Under the pieces are notes generated by a model. The model was not told the origin of the DNA. It saw only the letters and a program-made list of their open reading frames with translations, and did not search any database. DNA of 64,000 nucleotides from Polyangiales bacterium (GTDB taxonomy: Bacteria; Myxococcota_A; Polyangia; Polyangiales; Ga0077539), in NCBI GenBank assembly GCA_044229975.1, contig JBGARZ010000001.1, positions 32,001-96,000 of the forward strand. Reading direction: 5' to 3'. Position numbers and translations under genes: made by a program. Below, piece by piece: positions 26,028-34,960 of this stretch (position 1 is the stretch's first letter; each line of letters begins with the position of its first letter).

Positions 26028-27612
26028 CGTCTGTTCCTTCGCCGGCGCCCTCGGCCCCCGCGGCGGGCAGCCATATCACGAAGCTCGCGCCCCCACCGTC
26101 GGCCGCGCTCGCGCGCTCGGCGTCGAGGCTCCCGCCATGGGCCACGGCGATCTCGCGCGACAACGACAGCCCCAGCCCCGACCCCCGCGCCTTCGTCGTG
26201 AAGAACAACTCGAACAGGTGCGCCATCGCCTCCGGACTCAGCCCGGGCCCCGCGTCGCTCACGCACACCGCCGCGCCCGCGACGCCGTCCCTCGCCCTCG
26301 CGATCACCCGCACCGTCACCCGCGGCTCGGCCACCGACGCGAGCTCCATCGCCTCGCGCGCGTTGCGCAGCAGGTTGAGCAGCGCCTGCCGGAGCTGCGA
26401 CTCGTCGGCGCGCACCACCGGAACGCCCGGCTCGATCACCTTCGCGAGCTCCACGCCCGCCACGCTCATCTCCTGCGCGACGAAGAGCACCGTGTCCTCG
26501 ACCAGCGCCCCGAGGTCTTCGCGCTGCAACCGCGGCGTCGGCAGGCGGGCCACGCGCAGGTACTCCTCGGTGATGCGCGTGAGCCGGTCGATCTCCTTCT
26601 GGATGGACCCGACCAGCCGCCGCGACTCGCTCCCCGGCTCACCCAACGCGTCGAGCTCGTCGCCCAGCATCTCGGCGTTGAGCGCCATGGACGACAGCGG
26701 GTTGCGGACCTCGTGCGTGACGTGCGCCGCCATGCGCCCCACCGCCGCCAGCCGCTCGGCCCGCAGTTGCCGCTCGTTGGCCTCGCGCAGCGCGACGTCG
26801 CGCGCCCCCACCGCGCCGACCATGCGCTCGAACTCCTGCGCCAGCTCGCCGATCTCGTCCTCGGCCGTCGGCACGGGCACCGCGTCGAGCTCGCCTCGCG
26901 CCACCGCCCGCGCCCGGTCGCGCAGCCTCGCCAGCGGGTCGAGGATGCGCCGCGCCCGCAGCGTCGTCAGCACCCCGAGCAGCACCGCCACCACCGTCGC
27001 CATCAGCGTCAGGCGCTGCGTCAGTCGCCGCTCGCGCTCGGCCCCCTCGGAGATCACGCGCACCCGGGCCCGCAGGCGACCCACGAGCGCCTTCAGTCGG
27101 GTCTCGGTCTCGATCTCGCGGCTGACCAGCGTGTCCCGCGTCGCGCGCGACGTGACCTCGTCGCCGTGCGCCAGCGCCTGCATCAAGCCGCCGAACGCCG
27201 GCTCGTTGCGGGCGTAGGTGCGGTCGATGAGCCCGATGGTGCGCGAGGCGTCCGCCAGCAGGCTGTGGTCCTCGGCCTCGACGGCGAGCGGGAGGCTGCG
27301 CCGCACCACGCGCTGGACCTCCGCGAGGAAGCCGCGGCGCAGGCTGCGGGTGCGGTCGAAGAAGAACTGCGACCCCTGCCGCTCGCGCTGCTCAAGGATG
27401 CGCTCGAGCACCGCGATGAGGAGCCCCTCGTTGCCGCGCGCGTCTCCCAGCATGAGCGTGATCTGGACGTAGCCCTCGTTGGCCAGCCGCAGCGAACGCA
27501 CCGCCTTCTGCTGCCGGTAGAACGACCACCCCGCCACCGCGCCGAAGGCGATGATCAGCGTCGCAAAGCCCGCCACGATCTGCGTGCGGACGCTTCGGGT
27601 GCGGCGGGCCAT
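26011..27612 (-). CDS. Membrane sensor histidine kinase with HAMP domain (NtrB-like)
   Basis: Two TM segments, DEIGELAQEFERM, H-box HEVRNPL, N-box NLLRNAREA, D.GPG, FFTTK..GSGLGL. Confidence 0.94.
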   Translation of the reverse strand: MARRTRSVRTQIVAGFATLIIAFGAVAGWSFYRQQKAVRSLRLANEGYVQITLMLGDARGNEGLLIAVLERILEQRERQGSQFFFDRTRSLRRGFLAEVQRVVRRSLPLAVEAEDHSLLADASRTIGLIDRTYARNEPAFGGLMQALAHGDEVTSRATRDTLVSREIETETRLKALVGRLRARVRVISEGAERERRLTQRLTLMATVVAVLLGVLTTLRARRILDPLARLRDRARAVARGELDAVPVPTAEDEIGELAQEFERMVGAVGARDVALREANERQLRAERLAAVGRMAAHVTHEVRNPLSSMALNAEMLGDELDALGEPGSESRRLVGSIQKEIDRLTRITEEYLRVARLPTPRLQREDLGALVEDTVLFVAQEMSVAGVELAKVIEPGVPVVRADESQLRQALLNLLRNAREAMELASVAEPRVTVRVIARARDGVAGAAVCVSDAGPGLSPEAMAHLFELFFTTKARGSGLGLSLSREIAVAHGGSLDAERASAADGGGASFVIWLPAAGAEGAGEGTDDAEGR

Positions 27613-27716
27613 CTCCTCGCAACGGCCTACCAGATCGCCCCGCGCGCGACCACCGATGCGATCGCCGCCGTCACGTTGGAGACTCGACCCGCGGGATCTG
27701 GTATCGGCTTCGCCTC

Positions 27717-29414
27717 ATGCGATCCCTCGTGCGTGCGTGGTGGGTGGTTCCTGGTGTGTTGGCGGCGTGCTCCTCGGACCCGGCGCCCGTCGTCGCCGAC
27801 GCGGGCGGCACCGATGTTCCCGTCGTCACCGACGCCGCGGTCACCACCGACACGCCCGCCGTGACCGACGCCCCCGTCGTCGAACAGCGACCCATGGTGA
27901 CCACCAACCGCGGCCCCATCCTCGGCGCCGTCGAGGGCGAGATCGCCCACTTCTACGGCGTCCCCTACGCGGCGCCTCCCCTCGGCAACCTCCGCTGGCG
28001 CGCGCCCGAGCCCGCCACCGCATGGACCGCCCCGCGCGACGCCTCACGCAAGGGTCCGGCGTGTCCGCAGGCCCTCGGCCTCCTCACGGGCGGCAACCTC
28101 ACCAACGAGGACTGCCTCGTCCTCAATGTGTGGACCCCGGCGCCCGCCCTCGCCGCGCCCGCGACCACGCGGCACCCGGTGATGGTCTTCGTGCACGGCG
28201 GCGGGTTCAACGCGGGCACCGGCATGGACGGGCAGTTCGACGGGCCCGAGCTCGCGCGCCGCGGCGCCGTCGTGGTGACCTTCAACTACCGCCTCGGGCA
28301 GCTCGGCTTCCTCGGGCACTCCGCGCTCGCGGCCGAGGACACCGCGCACCACAGCTCCGGCAACTACGGGTTCATGGACCAGCAGGCCGCGCTCCGCTGG
28401 GTGCGCGACAACGCCGCGGCCTTCGGCGGCGACGCGAGCAACGTCACGATCTTCGGCGAGAGCGCGGGCGGCATCTCGGTGTGCGCCCACGTCGTGTCAC
28501 CCCTCTCCGCGGGCCTCTTCCACCGGGCCATCACGCAGAGCGGGCCGTGCAGCTTCCTCATCACCCCGCTGCGTGACGAGGACGCCCGCGCGCCCATCCA
28601 GTCCGCCGTCTCGCAGGGTCGCCTCTTCGCCGAGGCCGTCGGCTGCGGCACCGCCACCGACGTCCCCGCCTGCATGCGCGCGAAGACCGTGGAACAGATC
28701 CTCGCCGCCGCGCCGCGCCCCGTCGAGCTCGAACGCTACGGCGCGCGCTACCAGCCCACCATCGACGGCTACGTCCTCACCGAGCCGCCGTGGGTCTCGC
28801 TCACCGCCGGTCGCTTCAACCGCGTGCCGTTCATCACCGGCTCCAACCAGGACGAAGGAACCGTCTTCACCCGCGGCACGACCATCGCCGACGAGGCCGC
28901 CTACCGCGCCGCCGTCATGCCGCTCGTGCCCGACCACATCGACGACGTGCTGCGCCTCTACCCCGCGTCGGCGTACGGCAACAGCCCGCTCGCGGCCTTC
29001 ACCGCCTTCGCGGGCGACGCCGTCTTCACCTGCGCCTCTCGCGCGCAGGCGCGCCTCGTCGCCGCCACCGGGACGCCGTCGTTTCAGTACTACTTCAGCC
29101 GGCTCAACCAGCGCGCCAACGCGGTCACCATGCTGGGCGTCTACCACTCGGCGGAGATTCCCTACGTCTTCGGTCGCTTCACGGGGTTCTTCGGCCGCAC
29201 CGACGCCGACAGCGCGATCGCCGACGCGATGGGCAACGCGTGGACCCGCTTCGCCGCGACGGGCAACCCCAACGCCGCGGGCTCCACCACCTGGACGGCG
29301 TTCACGGCCGCCAACGACACCTACCTGGAGTTCGGCGACACCACGCGCACGGGCACCGGTCTCCGTCGCGACCGCTGCGACGTGATGGAGCCCTGGATCC
29401 TCCCGACGCGCTGA
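27717..29414 (+). CDS. Type-B carboxylesterase lipoprotein
   Basis: Lipobox LAA-C; GVPYAAPPLGNLRW, EDCLVLNVW, HGGG, FGESAGG (nucleophile), QDEG, YHSAEI. Confidence 0.95.
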   Translation: MRSLVRAWWVVPGVLAACSSDPAPVVADAGGTDVPVVTDAAVTTDTPAVTDAPVVEQRPMVTTNRGPILGAVEGEIAHFYGVPYAAPPLGNLRWRAPEPATAWTAPRDASRKGPACPQALGLLTGGNLTNEDCLVLNVWTPAPALAAPATTRHPVMVFVHGGGFNAGTGMDGQFDGPELARRGAVVVTFNYRLGQLGFLGHSALAAEDTAHHSSGNYGFMDQQAALRWVRDNAAAFGGDASNVTIFGESAGGISVCAHVVSPLSAGLFHRAITQSGPCSFLITPLRDEDARAPIQSAVSQGRLFAEAVGCGTATDVPACMRAKTVEQILAAAPRPVELERYGARYQPTIDGYVLTEPPWVSLTAGRFNRVPFITGSNQDEGTVFTRGTTIADEAAYRAAVMPLVPDHIDDVLRLYPASAYGNSPLAAFTAFAGDAVFTCASRAQARLVAATGTPSFQYYFSRLNQRANAVTMLGVYHSAEIPYVFGRFTGFFGRTDADSAIADAMGNAWTRFAATGNPNAAGSTTWTAFTAANDTYLEFGDTTRTGTGLRRDRCDVMEPWILPTR

Positions 29415-29421
29415 AGCAGCG

Positions 29422-31176
29422 CTACGGAGTCGGCGTAACGGTGCCGCGGGTGTTGTCCCGCGCGAAGTCCGACACGAGCCCCGGCACCGGGTTGCGCGTG
29501 CCGTCATCGGCCGCCGTCAGCGGGTCGATGTGGGTCATGCCTTCGACGAAGAGCGAGCGAAAGCCACGCTCGCTCATGCGCGTGGCACCCGCCGCGGGCA
29601 GGTCGCTTCCGACCATTGGCGCGACACGGGCGCGCATGCCTTCGAACGCCGACGCACGACCGACGAGCCCGGCGGCGATGGCCAGCACCGGCACGTCGAC
29701 CTCCGCCCCGTGCATCGCGCGAACGCCCTCCCTCACCTGCCAGCTATCGCTCGCGAGGCGGAGGTTGCCGACGATGGCGGTGTCGAGCGAGAGGCGCGTG
29801 GGGAAGTACCACTCGGAGAAGTTGGTGGGCGTCGTGGCCCAGGCCGACGCAGCGTTGGCGAGCGGCGTGAACTCGGCTGGCGTGGCGGCGAGCGCATCGG
29901 TCCACGCGTAGGTCTCGGTGCGCCCGGCGGGCACGGTGAGCTGCTCGGTGCTCGCGAAGGGGTTGGCCACCATGCGCAGCGGACCGCCCGTGGGCTGGCC
30001 GACGGACATGCGCGCGAAGGCGAGCGGGCACGAGCGGTCGTCGAAGGCCATGCCCATCGCCGCGCCATTGGTGAGCGGCGGAACCACCGTGAGGCTGAAC
30101 AACAACCGCAGCACGCGGTCACGATCGGGGTCGCGCACGACGGCGGCCGGCGTGAGCAATGCGCGGCGAGCGACGATCTCGGAAGTGGCGAGCGCCGCGA
30201 CGCCGAGGATGGGCAGCGCAGTGAAATAAGGACCGCTGCGGCGGATGGTCTCGATGCCCGCGGTGCTGCCGAAGGGGCCCGTCATGGAGCCGGTGCGCCA
30301 GGCGGCTTCGGTGGTGGCTGTTCCGCCCGCGACGCCGTCGATGACGACGAGGCCCGCGATGCTGCGGTAGCCCGCGGCGCCGTCGAAGTCCCAGGCGGCG
30401 TACGACTCCACCATGGTCGCGCCGAGCGAGTGGCCCACCAGCACGACGTGCTCGCGTGACTGCGGAACCCGCGCGATGACAGCACGGAGGTCGTTGATGG
30501 TCGTCGCGAGGCCCCACTCGCTCATGAACGACAGCGACGACTCGTTGGGGGCGCGGTAGCCGGGGAAGGCGGTTCCGCCGAGGGTGATGGAGCGGTCGTA
30601 GTAGTAGCCGGCGGCGACCTCGGGGTCGGCGAGGCGGTCGGCGGCGTTCATGCCGCGAAGGTCTTCGAGGAGGTTGGCGCGGCGGTCGATGACCCAGACT
30701 TCCACGGGCGCGCCGGCCGTGACCGAGCGCTTCACCAGCGACCTCGCCAGCGGGTCGAAGGACCCGGCGCCGCCGAGAAAGCCGGGCATCATGACCACCA
30801 CCGAGCGCACCTCCGCGGCGGGCGTGGCGTCGCGCCGGTAGCGCATCACCGGCACACGATTGAACATCGCGGGCGTGGCCGTCATGGCGGTGGGGTTGGC
30901 GGGCGGCGACGGGGCGTCGACGAAGAAGCGCTCGCGACGAACGCCCGCCTCGACGAGCGCACCATCGGGCGGTGGCAGGTCGGGCAGGTCGCGCACCGTG
31001 GGCTTCGGCTCGACGTCGTCGACCACGTCCGCGACGGCGGGTGCATCGACCGTGGGTGCATCGACCGTGGGTGCGTCGACGGCGGTCGAGGCGTCGGGAG
31101 TGGCGGGCGCCGGGTCGGAGCAACCGACGAGGGAGCCCAGCAACGAGAGCACGACCGCGCGCGAGCTGGATGTCAT
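29422..31176 (-). CDS. Alpha/beta-hydrolase-fold lipoprotein
   Basis: Lipobox LVG-C, DAPTV stalk, MPGFLGG, VGHSLG nucleophile elbow, THID. Confidence 0.82.
   Translation of the reverse strand: MTSSSRAVVLSLLGSLVGCSDPAPATPDASTAVDAPTVDAPTVDAPAVADVVDDVEPKPTVRDLPDLPPPDGALVEAGVRRERFFVDAPSPPANPTAMTATPAMFNRVPVMRYRRDATPAAEVRSVVVMMPGFLGGAGSFDPLARSLVKRSVTAGAPVEVWVIDRRANLLEDLRGMNAADRLADPEVAAGYYYDRSITLGGTAFPGYRAPNESSLSFMSEWGLATTINDLRAVIARVPQSREHVVLVGHSLGATMVESYAAWDFDGAAGYRSIAGLVVIDGVAGGTATTEAAWRTGSMTGPFGSTAGIETIRRSGPYFTALPILGVAALATSEIVARRALLTPAAVVRDPDRDRVLRLLFSLTVVPPLTNGAAMGMAFDDRSCPLAFARMSVGQPTGGPLRMVANPFASTEQLTVPAGRTETYAWTDALAATPAEFTPLANAASAWATTPTNFSEWYFPTRLSLDTAIVGNLRLASDSWQVREGVRAMHGAEVDVPVLAIAAGLVGRASAFEGMRARVAPMVGSDLPAAGATRMSERGFRSLFVEGMTHIDPLTAADDGTRNPVPGLVSDFARDNTRGTVTPTP
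31039..31083. repeat. 15-bp intragenic tandem repeat encoding DAPTV (3 copies)
   Basis: GGGTGCATCGACCGT twice plus one variant copy. Confidence 0.75.
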
Positions 31177-31214
31177 GACGGTAGGAGTACGCCGACCGCG
31201 CGGCCGTTGCACCG

Positions 31215-33473
31215 TCAGCGCGAAGGCGGAAAGCGCAGGGTCAGACCGAGGCCCACCTGGAGCAGGCGAGCGTCCTCGTCGAGCGAGGCGGTGAGCGGGT
31301 CGTCGTTGAGTTCGAGCACGTGGACGTAGCGCACCACGGGGCCGATCGCGACCGCACGCGACACGCGGAAGTCCACGCCGAGCCCCGCATCGACGCCGAA
31401 GCGCAACAGGCCGCCGGTGAACACCACCGCCCCCGCGGCCGACGCCCAGGGCTGCACCGTACCGTTGCGTACGGTGAGGCGAAGCCCGCCGCCCACCAGC
31501 GTCGCGACGCCCGGGTCGCCCCCGTCGCGCGGGAACAGAACGCCGCCGCTCATCACCTCCAGCCCGAGCACCACGCCCGCCTCACCCGGCGTGGGTCGAC
31601 GGAGGTCGAAGCCGATTCGCAGCGACCCGGCGATTCCGTGGGTGATCGCCTTCACGTTGCCCATGTACGCGCTCGCGTTGGCGTTGCGCTGATACTCCGA
31701 GAGCATGTTGGCGTAGAGCCCCTCGCCCCGCACCGACACCCGCTGCGCGATGCCCTCGGTCGGCGTCACGACGGGCGGCGCCGGTAGCGAGAGCGCCTCG
31801 GTGTCCACCGCCTCGCCGCCATCGGGCGTGAGGCGCAGGCTGAGGCTCGTCGCGCCCGCGTTCCAGCGCACCGGCACCACCCAGTCGCCCGCAGACGCTC
31901 CGGCGCGCGCACCCTCGGGCGCTGCGCCGCCTCGCGCCTCGACCCGCAAGCCGCCCTCCGCGTACGGAACATCCCGCTGATCGACGACACGCAACCGCAC
32001 CTGCCCGCTTCGGGCGTGCGCATCCGGCGCATCGAGCGTCGCCGTCACACGAAACGGTGACCGTCGAATCGCGGCGAAGGTGGTCTGCACCGCATCTTCG
32101 CCGACGGACTCGGCGCCGCAGCGCAGGGTGTGCTCGCGCAGGCGATCGACGAGCGTGGAGGCCGTGGTGTCGACGGCCACGCCATCGAGGGCACAGCGCA
32201 CGTCCGCAGGGAGCACGAGGGTCTGCTGGTAGGGGCGATCGGTGTCGGCCAGGCGTGGAACCACCACGGACACCGGGACCACGTCGCTGAAGGGCCCCTC
32301 GAAGTGCTCGGCGTCGAAGGCGCTCACCCGCACGAAGTAGTTGCCCGCAGGCACCGCAGGCACCGCCAGCCGATCGACCGCGACGGGCACCCGCGCATCG
32401 GCAGCGATTGCGGTGAAGGCGGCGTCTCGCGCAATCTGCACCCGCCACTCCGCAGGCTCCGGCGCGCCCGGTGGCGTGCCCGGTTCACCCGCGGCGTAGC
32501 GGCCCTCGATGGCCCGATCGCCTTCGGCCAACAGCAGTCGTGCGGGGCGTTCGATCCATCGCGGCGCGAGCGGCAATCGGTGCACCGGGGCGATGCGCTC
32601 GCCGACCGCAGCGCGCGCGCCGAAGCCCTCCGGAACCGTCACCGTCTGCGCCCCCGACCGGAGCTGCCCCGACCCACGGTAGACGGTCAGCGTGGTGGAC
32701 GCGCGCGCGCCCGTCTCGATGGTGAGCTGCGACTCGCCATCGCGCAGGGTCGCCCTTCCTCCAGCGGTGTTGATCGCCACCTGGGTCGGCCGCCGCGGCG
32801 GCGCGCGACGCGGCGCCCGAGCGGGACGACCCGGCACCGGCGCCGCGACGACGGGCGGTGTTGGCGTCGCTGTTGGTCCGTTGGCGAGCGTTCCGAGGAA
32901 GGCGCGCAGCGACCCGCTGACCAGGGTGGTGTCGCGCGCCGTGGCGGTGCGTCGCACGCGGGTGCTGGTGTCGCCGAGGATCACCACCAGCGTCGACTCA
33001 TACAGCCGAAGCTGCGTGTCGTCGGAGAAGGAGAGCTCGGCCGACGAGCGAGCCTCCGTGCTCACGCGCGTCCCGCGAAAGAGCGAGTCGTTGGCCTGAC
33101 CGGGGCGCGGCTGCGCGGTGGGCAGCGTCTGCACCTCCACCGAGTTGTTGACCACGGTGAGGAAGGCCACCGGCACCGGGCCGCGCTGCGGGGGCAGTCG
33201 CCGTGGGAGGCGCAGCACCATGCCCGCGACGAGCCGCCGCTGGGCCGGGCACACCGTCGGGTTGTACTGGTGGATCACGTCGGTGCGCGCCGGGTTGCGA
33301 AACACCCGCCGCGCGATGGCCGCGCAGGTCTCTCCCGCGCGCACCGGAACGTCGACGAGCTCCACCGCAGCGGCGGTCGGACGCGGGTTGCGCCGCGGCT
33401 GCGCGCCGGCCGTGGAAGCCGCGAGCACCACCGCCATCGAGGCCGCGAGCGAGCCCTGCCGACGCCTCGTCAA
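31215..33473 (-). CDS. Secreted LysM + FecR + FN3-like protein with C-terminal outer-membrane beta-barrel-like region
   Basis: TTG start overlapping the kinase stop (TTGA); signal peptide; VRAGETCAAIARRVF..YNP (LysM); LFRGTRVSTEARSSAELSFSDDTQLRL (FecR); WRVQIARDAAF..GNYFVRVSAFD (FN3-like); amphipathic strands ending GLGLTLRF. Confidence 0.82.
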   Translation of the reverse strand: MTRRRQGSLAASMAVVLAASTAGAQPRRNPRPTAAAVELVDVPVRAGETCAAIARRVFRNPARTDVIHQYNPTVCPAQRRLVAGMVLRLPRRLPPQRGPVPVAFLTVVNNSVEVQTLPTAQPRPGQANDSLFRGTRVSTEARSSAELSFSDDTQLRLYESTLVVILGDTSTRVRRTATARDTTLVSGSLRAFLGTLANGPTATPTPPVVAAPVPGRPARAPRRAPPRRPTQVAINTAGGRATLRDGESQLTIETGARASTTLTVYRGSGQLRSGAQTVTVPEGFGARAAVGERIAPVHRLPLAPRWIERPARLLLAEGDRAIEGRYAAGEPGTPPGAPEPAEWRVQIARDAAFTAIAADARVPVAVDRLAVPAVPAGNYFVRVSAFDAEHFEGPFSDVVPVSVVVPRLADTDRPYQQTLVLPADVRCALDGVAVDTTASTLVDRLREHTLRCGAESVGEDAVQTTFAAIRRSPFRVTATLDAPDAHARSGQVRLRVVDQRDVPYAEGGLRVEARGGAAPEGARAGASAGDWVVPVRWNAGATSLSLRLTPDGGEAVDTEALSLPAPPVVTPTEGIAQRVSVRGEGLYANMLSEYQRNANASAYMGNVKAITHGIAGSLRIGFDLRRPTPGEAGVVLGLEVMSGGVLFPRDGGDPGVATLVGGGLRLTVRNGTVQPWASAAGAVVFTGGLLRFGVDAGLGVDFRVSRAVAIGPVVRYVHVLELNDDPLTASLDEDARLLQVGLGLTLRFPPSR

Positions 33474-34960
33474 CGTCCCCTCCGCACGGCGCGGAGCACC
33501 TTCTGACAGATCGACGCGTCGTCCACCGACGCGAGCGCGGCGTCGCTGGCACCCGCCCGAATCATCGCCGCGGCAGCATCGGCGCGCGGCAGGTCGAGCA
33601 CCACCACGGGCAGCTTCCGCAGCTCGGGCAGCGCCTCGGATCGCACCCAGCGCGCCTTGCGGTCGGCGTCGGCGTCGCCCGCGATGATGACCGCGCGCCA
33701 CGACATGCGATCGGGCGCCAACGGCGTGAGCCCCGCCAGCTTCAGCGGAAAACCCGTCACGCCCTGGGACGCGAGCGCATTGCGGAGCGCCTGCGTGCGG
33801 GCCTCGGAGAAGCCCCACAGCGCGACGCGCGGCGAGGGCCCCGTCTCGTTGGCGTTGCCCTCGGCAGGGTGTGCCCGCTCGGGAGCGAGCGCGCGCTCGT
33901 CCCTCGAAAGCCCCGCGTTGCGGGCGCGATCGACGGTGTCCTGCGCGGCGAGGGAGAGCGGGTCGCCGCCGCGGGCGCAGAGGCCGAGGGCGTCGCGAAA
34001 CTCCGCCGCCGTGGGGCGCTGCTCGGGTCGCTTGGAGAGGGCGCGCATGGTGAGCGCTTCGAGCCCGGCGGGCACCGCGCGCGGGAGCTTGCGCTCGTCG
34101 AAGCGGGGCGGCGGGTTGAACATCTGCTGCGCGAGGATCTCGGCCACCGACTGCCCGAGGAAGGGCGGCTCGCCGATGAGCAGCTCGTAGAGGATGGTGC
34201 CCACCGCGTAGACGTCGGCGGCAGGGCCCACGTTGCGGCCGACACACTGCTCGGGGGACATGTACTGGGGCGTTCCGCGCACGGTGCCGGTGCGGGTGAT
34301 CTTCTCGACGGAGGTCTCCTCGACGAAGGCCGCGATGCCGAAGTCGAGCACCTTCACGCGGTCGGTGCGGTCGCCCGCGTCGAGCAGCATGATGTTTTCG
34401 GGCTTGAGGTCGCGGTGCACGACGCCCATCGCGTGGGCCGCCTCCAACACCTGGAGCACCTGGTCGACGACGGCGACGGCGCGCGGCACCGGCATGGTGA
34501 GACCGCCCGCCATCACCTGGGTGTCGAGGGAGGAGCCGCGGAGGAGTTCCATGACGAGGAAGAGCTCGCCGAGGTGCTCGCCGTAGTCGACGACGGACAC
34601 GATGTTGGGGTGGCGCAGCCGCGCGAGCACCACGGCCTCGCGGCGAAACCGCGCCCGCATCTCCGCCCGCGCCGTCCACTCCGCCAGCAGGAACTTCACC
34701 GCCACCTGCTCGCCGAGCTCGTTGTGCCGCGCCCGGTAGACGCGCCCCATGCCCCCGGCGCCGAGCAGCGACTCCAGCGTGTAGCGCCCCGCGACGGTCT
34801 GCCCGATGCGATCGTCGACCGGGAGCTTGCCGCACACCGGGCACGGCCCGTCGCGATCGGCCAGCGTGCCGCAGCCCTCGCACGGCGGGATGTCCACGTC
34901 GCCCGCGTCGGACAACCGGGGTCCCTCGCCCGTCAACCGCCGCTCGTCGTCGACGCTCAT
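33470..34960 (-). CDS. Cytoplasmic Ser/Thr kinase with N-terminal zinc ribbon and C-terminal receiver-like domain
   Basis: CEGC..CPVC; GAGGMG, VAVK, HRDLKPEN, DFG, GTPQYMSPEQ; C-terminal LPVVVL...AMIRAGASD; ATGA overlap with the cyclase stop. Confidence 0.92.
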   Translation of the reverse strand: MSVDDERRLTGEGPRLSDAGDVDIPPCEGCGTLADRDGPCPVCGKLPVDDRIGQTVAGRYTLESLLGAGGMGRVYRARHNELGEQVAVKFLLAEWTARAEMRARFRREAVVLARLRHPNIVSVVDYGEHLGELFLVMELLRGSSLDTQVMAGGLTMPVPRAVAVVDQVLQVLEAAHAMGVVHRDLKPENIMLLDAGDRTDRVKVLDFGIAAFVEETSVEKITRTGTVRGTPQYMSPEQCVGRNVGPAADVYAVGTILYELLIGEPPFLGQSVAEILAQQMFNPPPRFDERKLPRAVPAGLEALTMRALSKRPEQRPTAAEFRDALGLCARGGDPLSLAAQDTVDRARNAGLSRDERALAPERAHPAEGNANETGPSPRVALWGFSEARTQALRNALASQGVTGFPLKLAGLTPLAPDRMSWRAVIIAGDADADRKARWVRSEALPELRKLPVVVLDLPRADAAAAMIRAGASDAALASVDDASICQKVLRAVRRGR

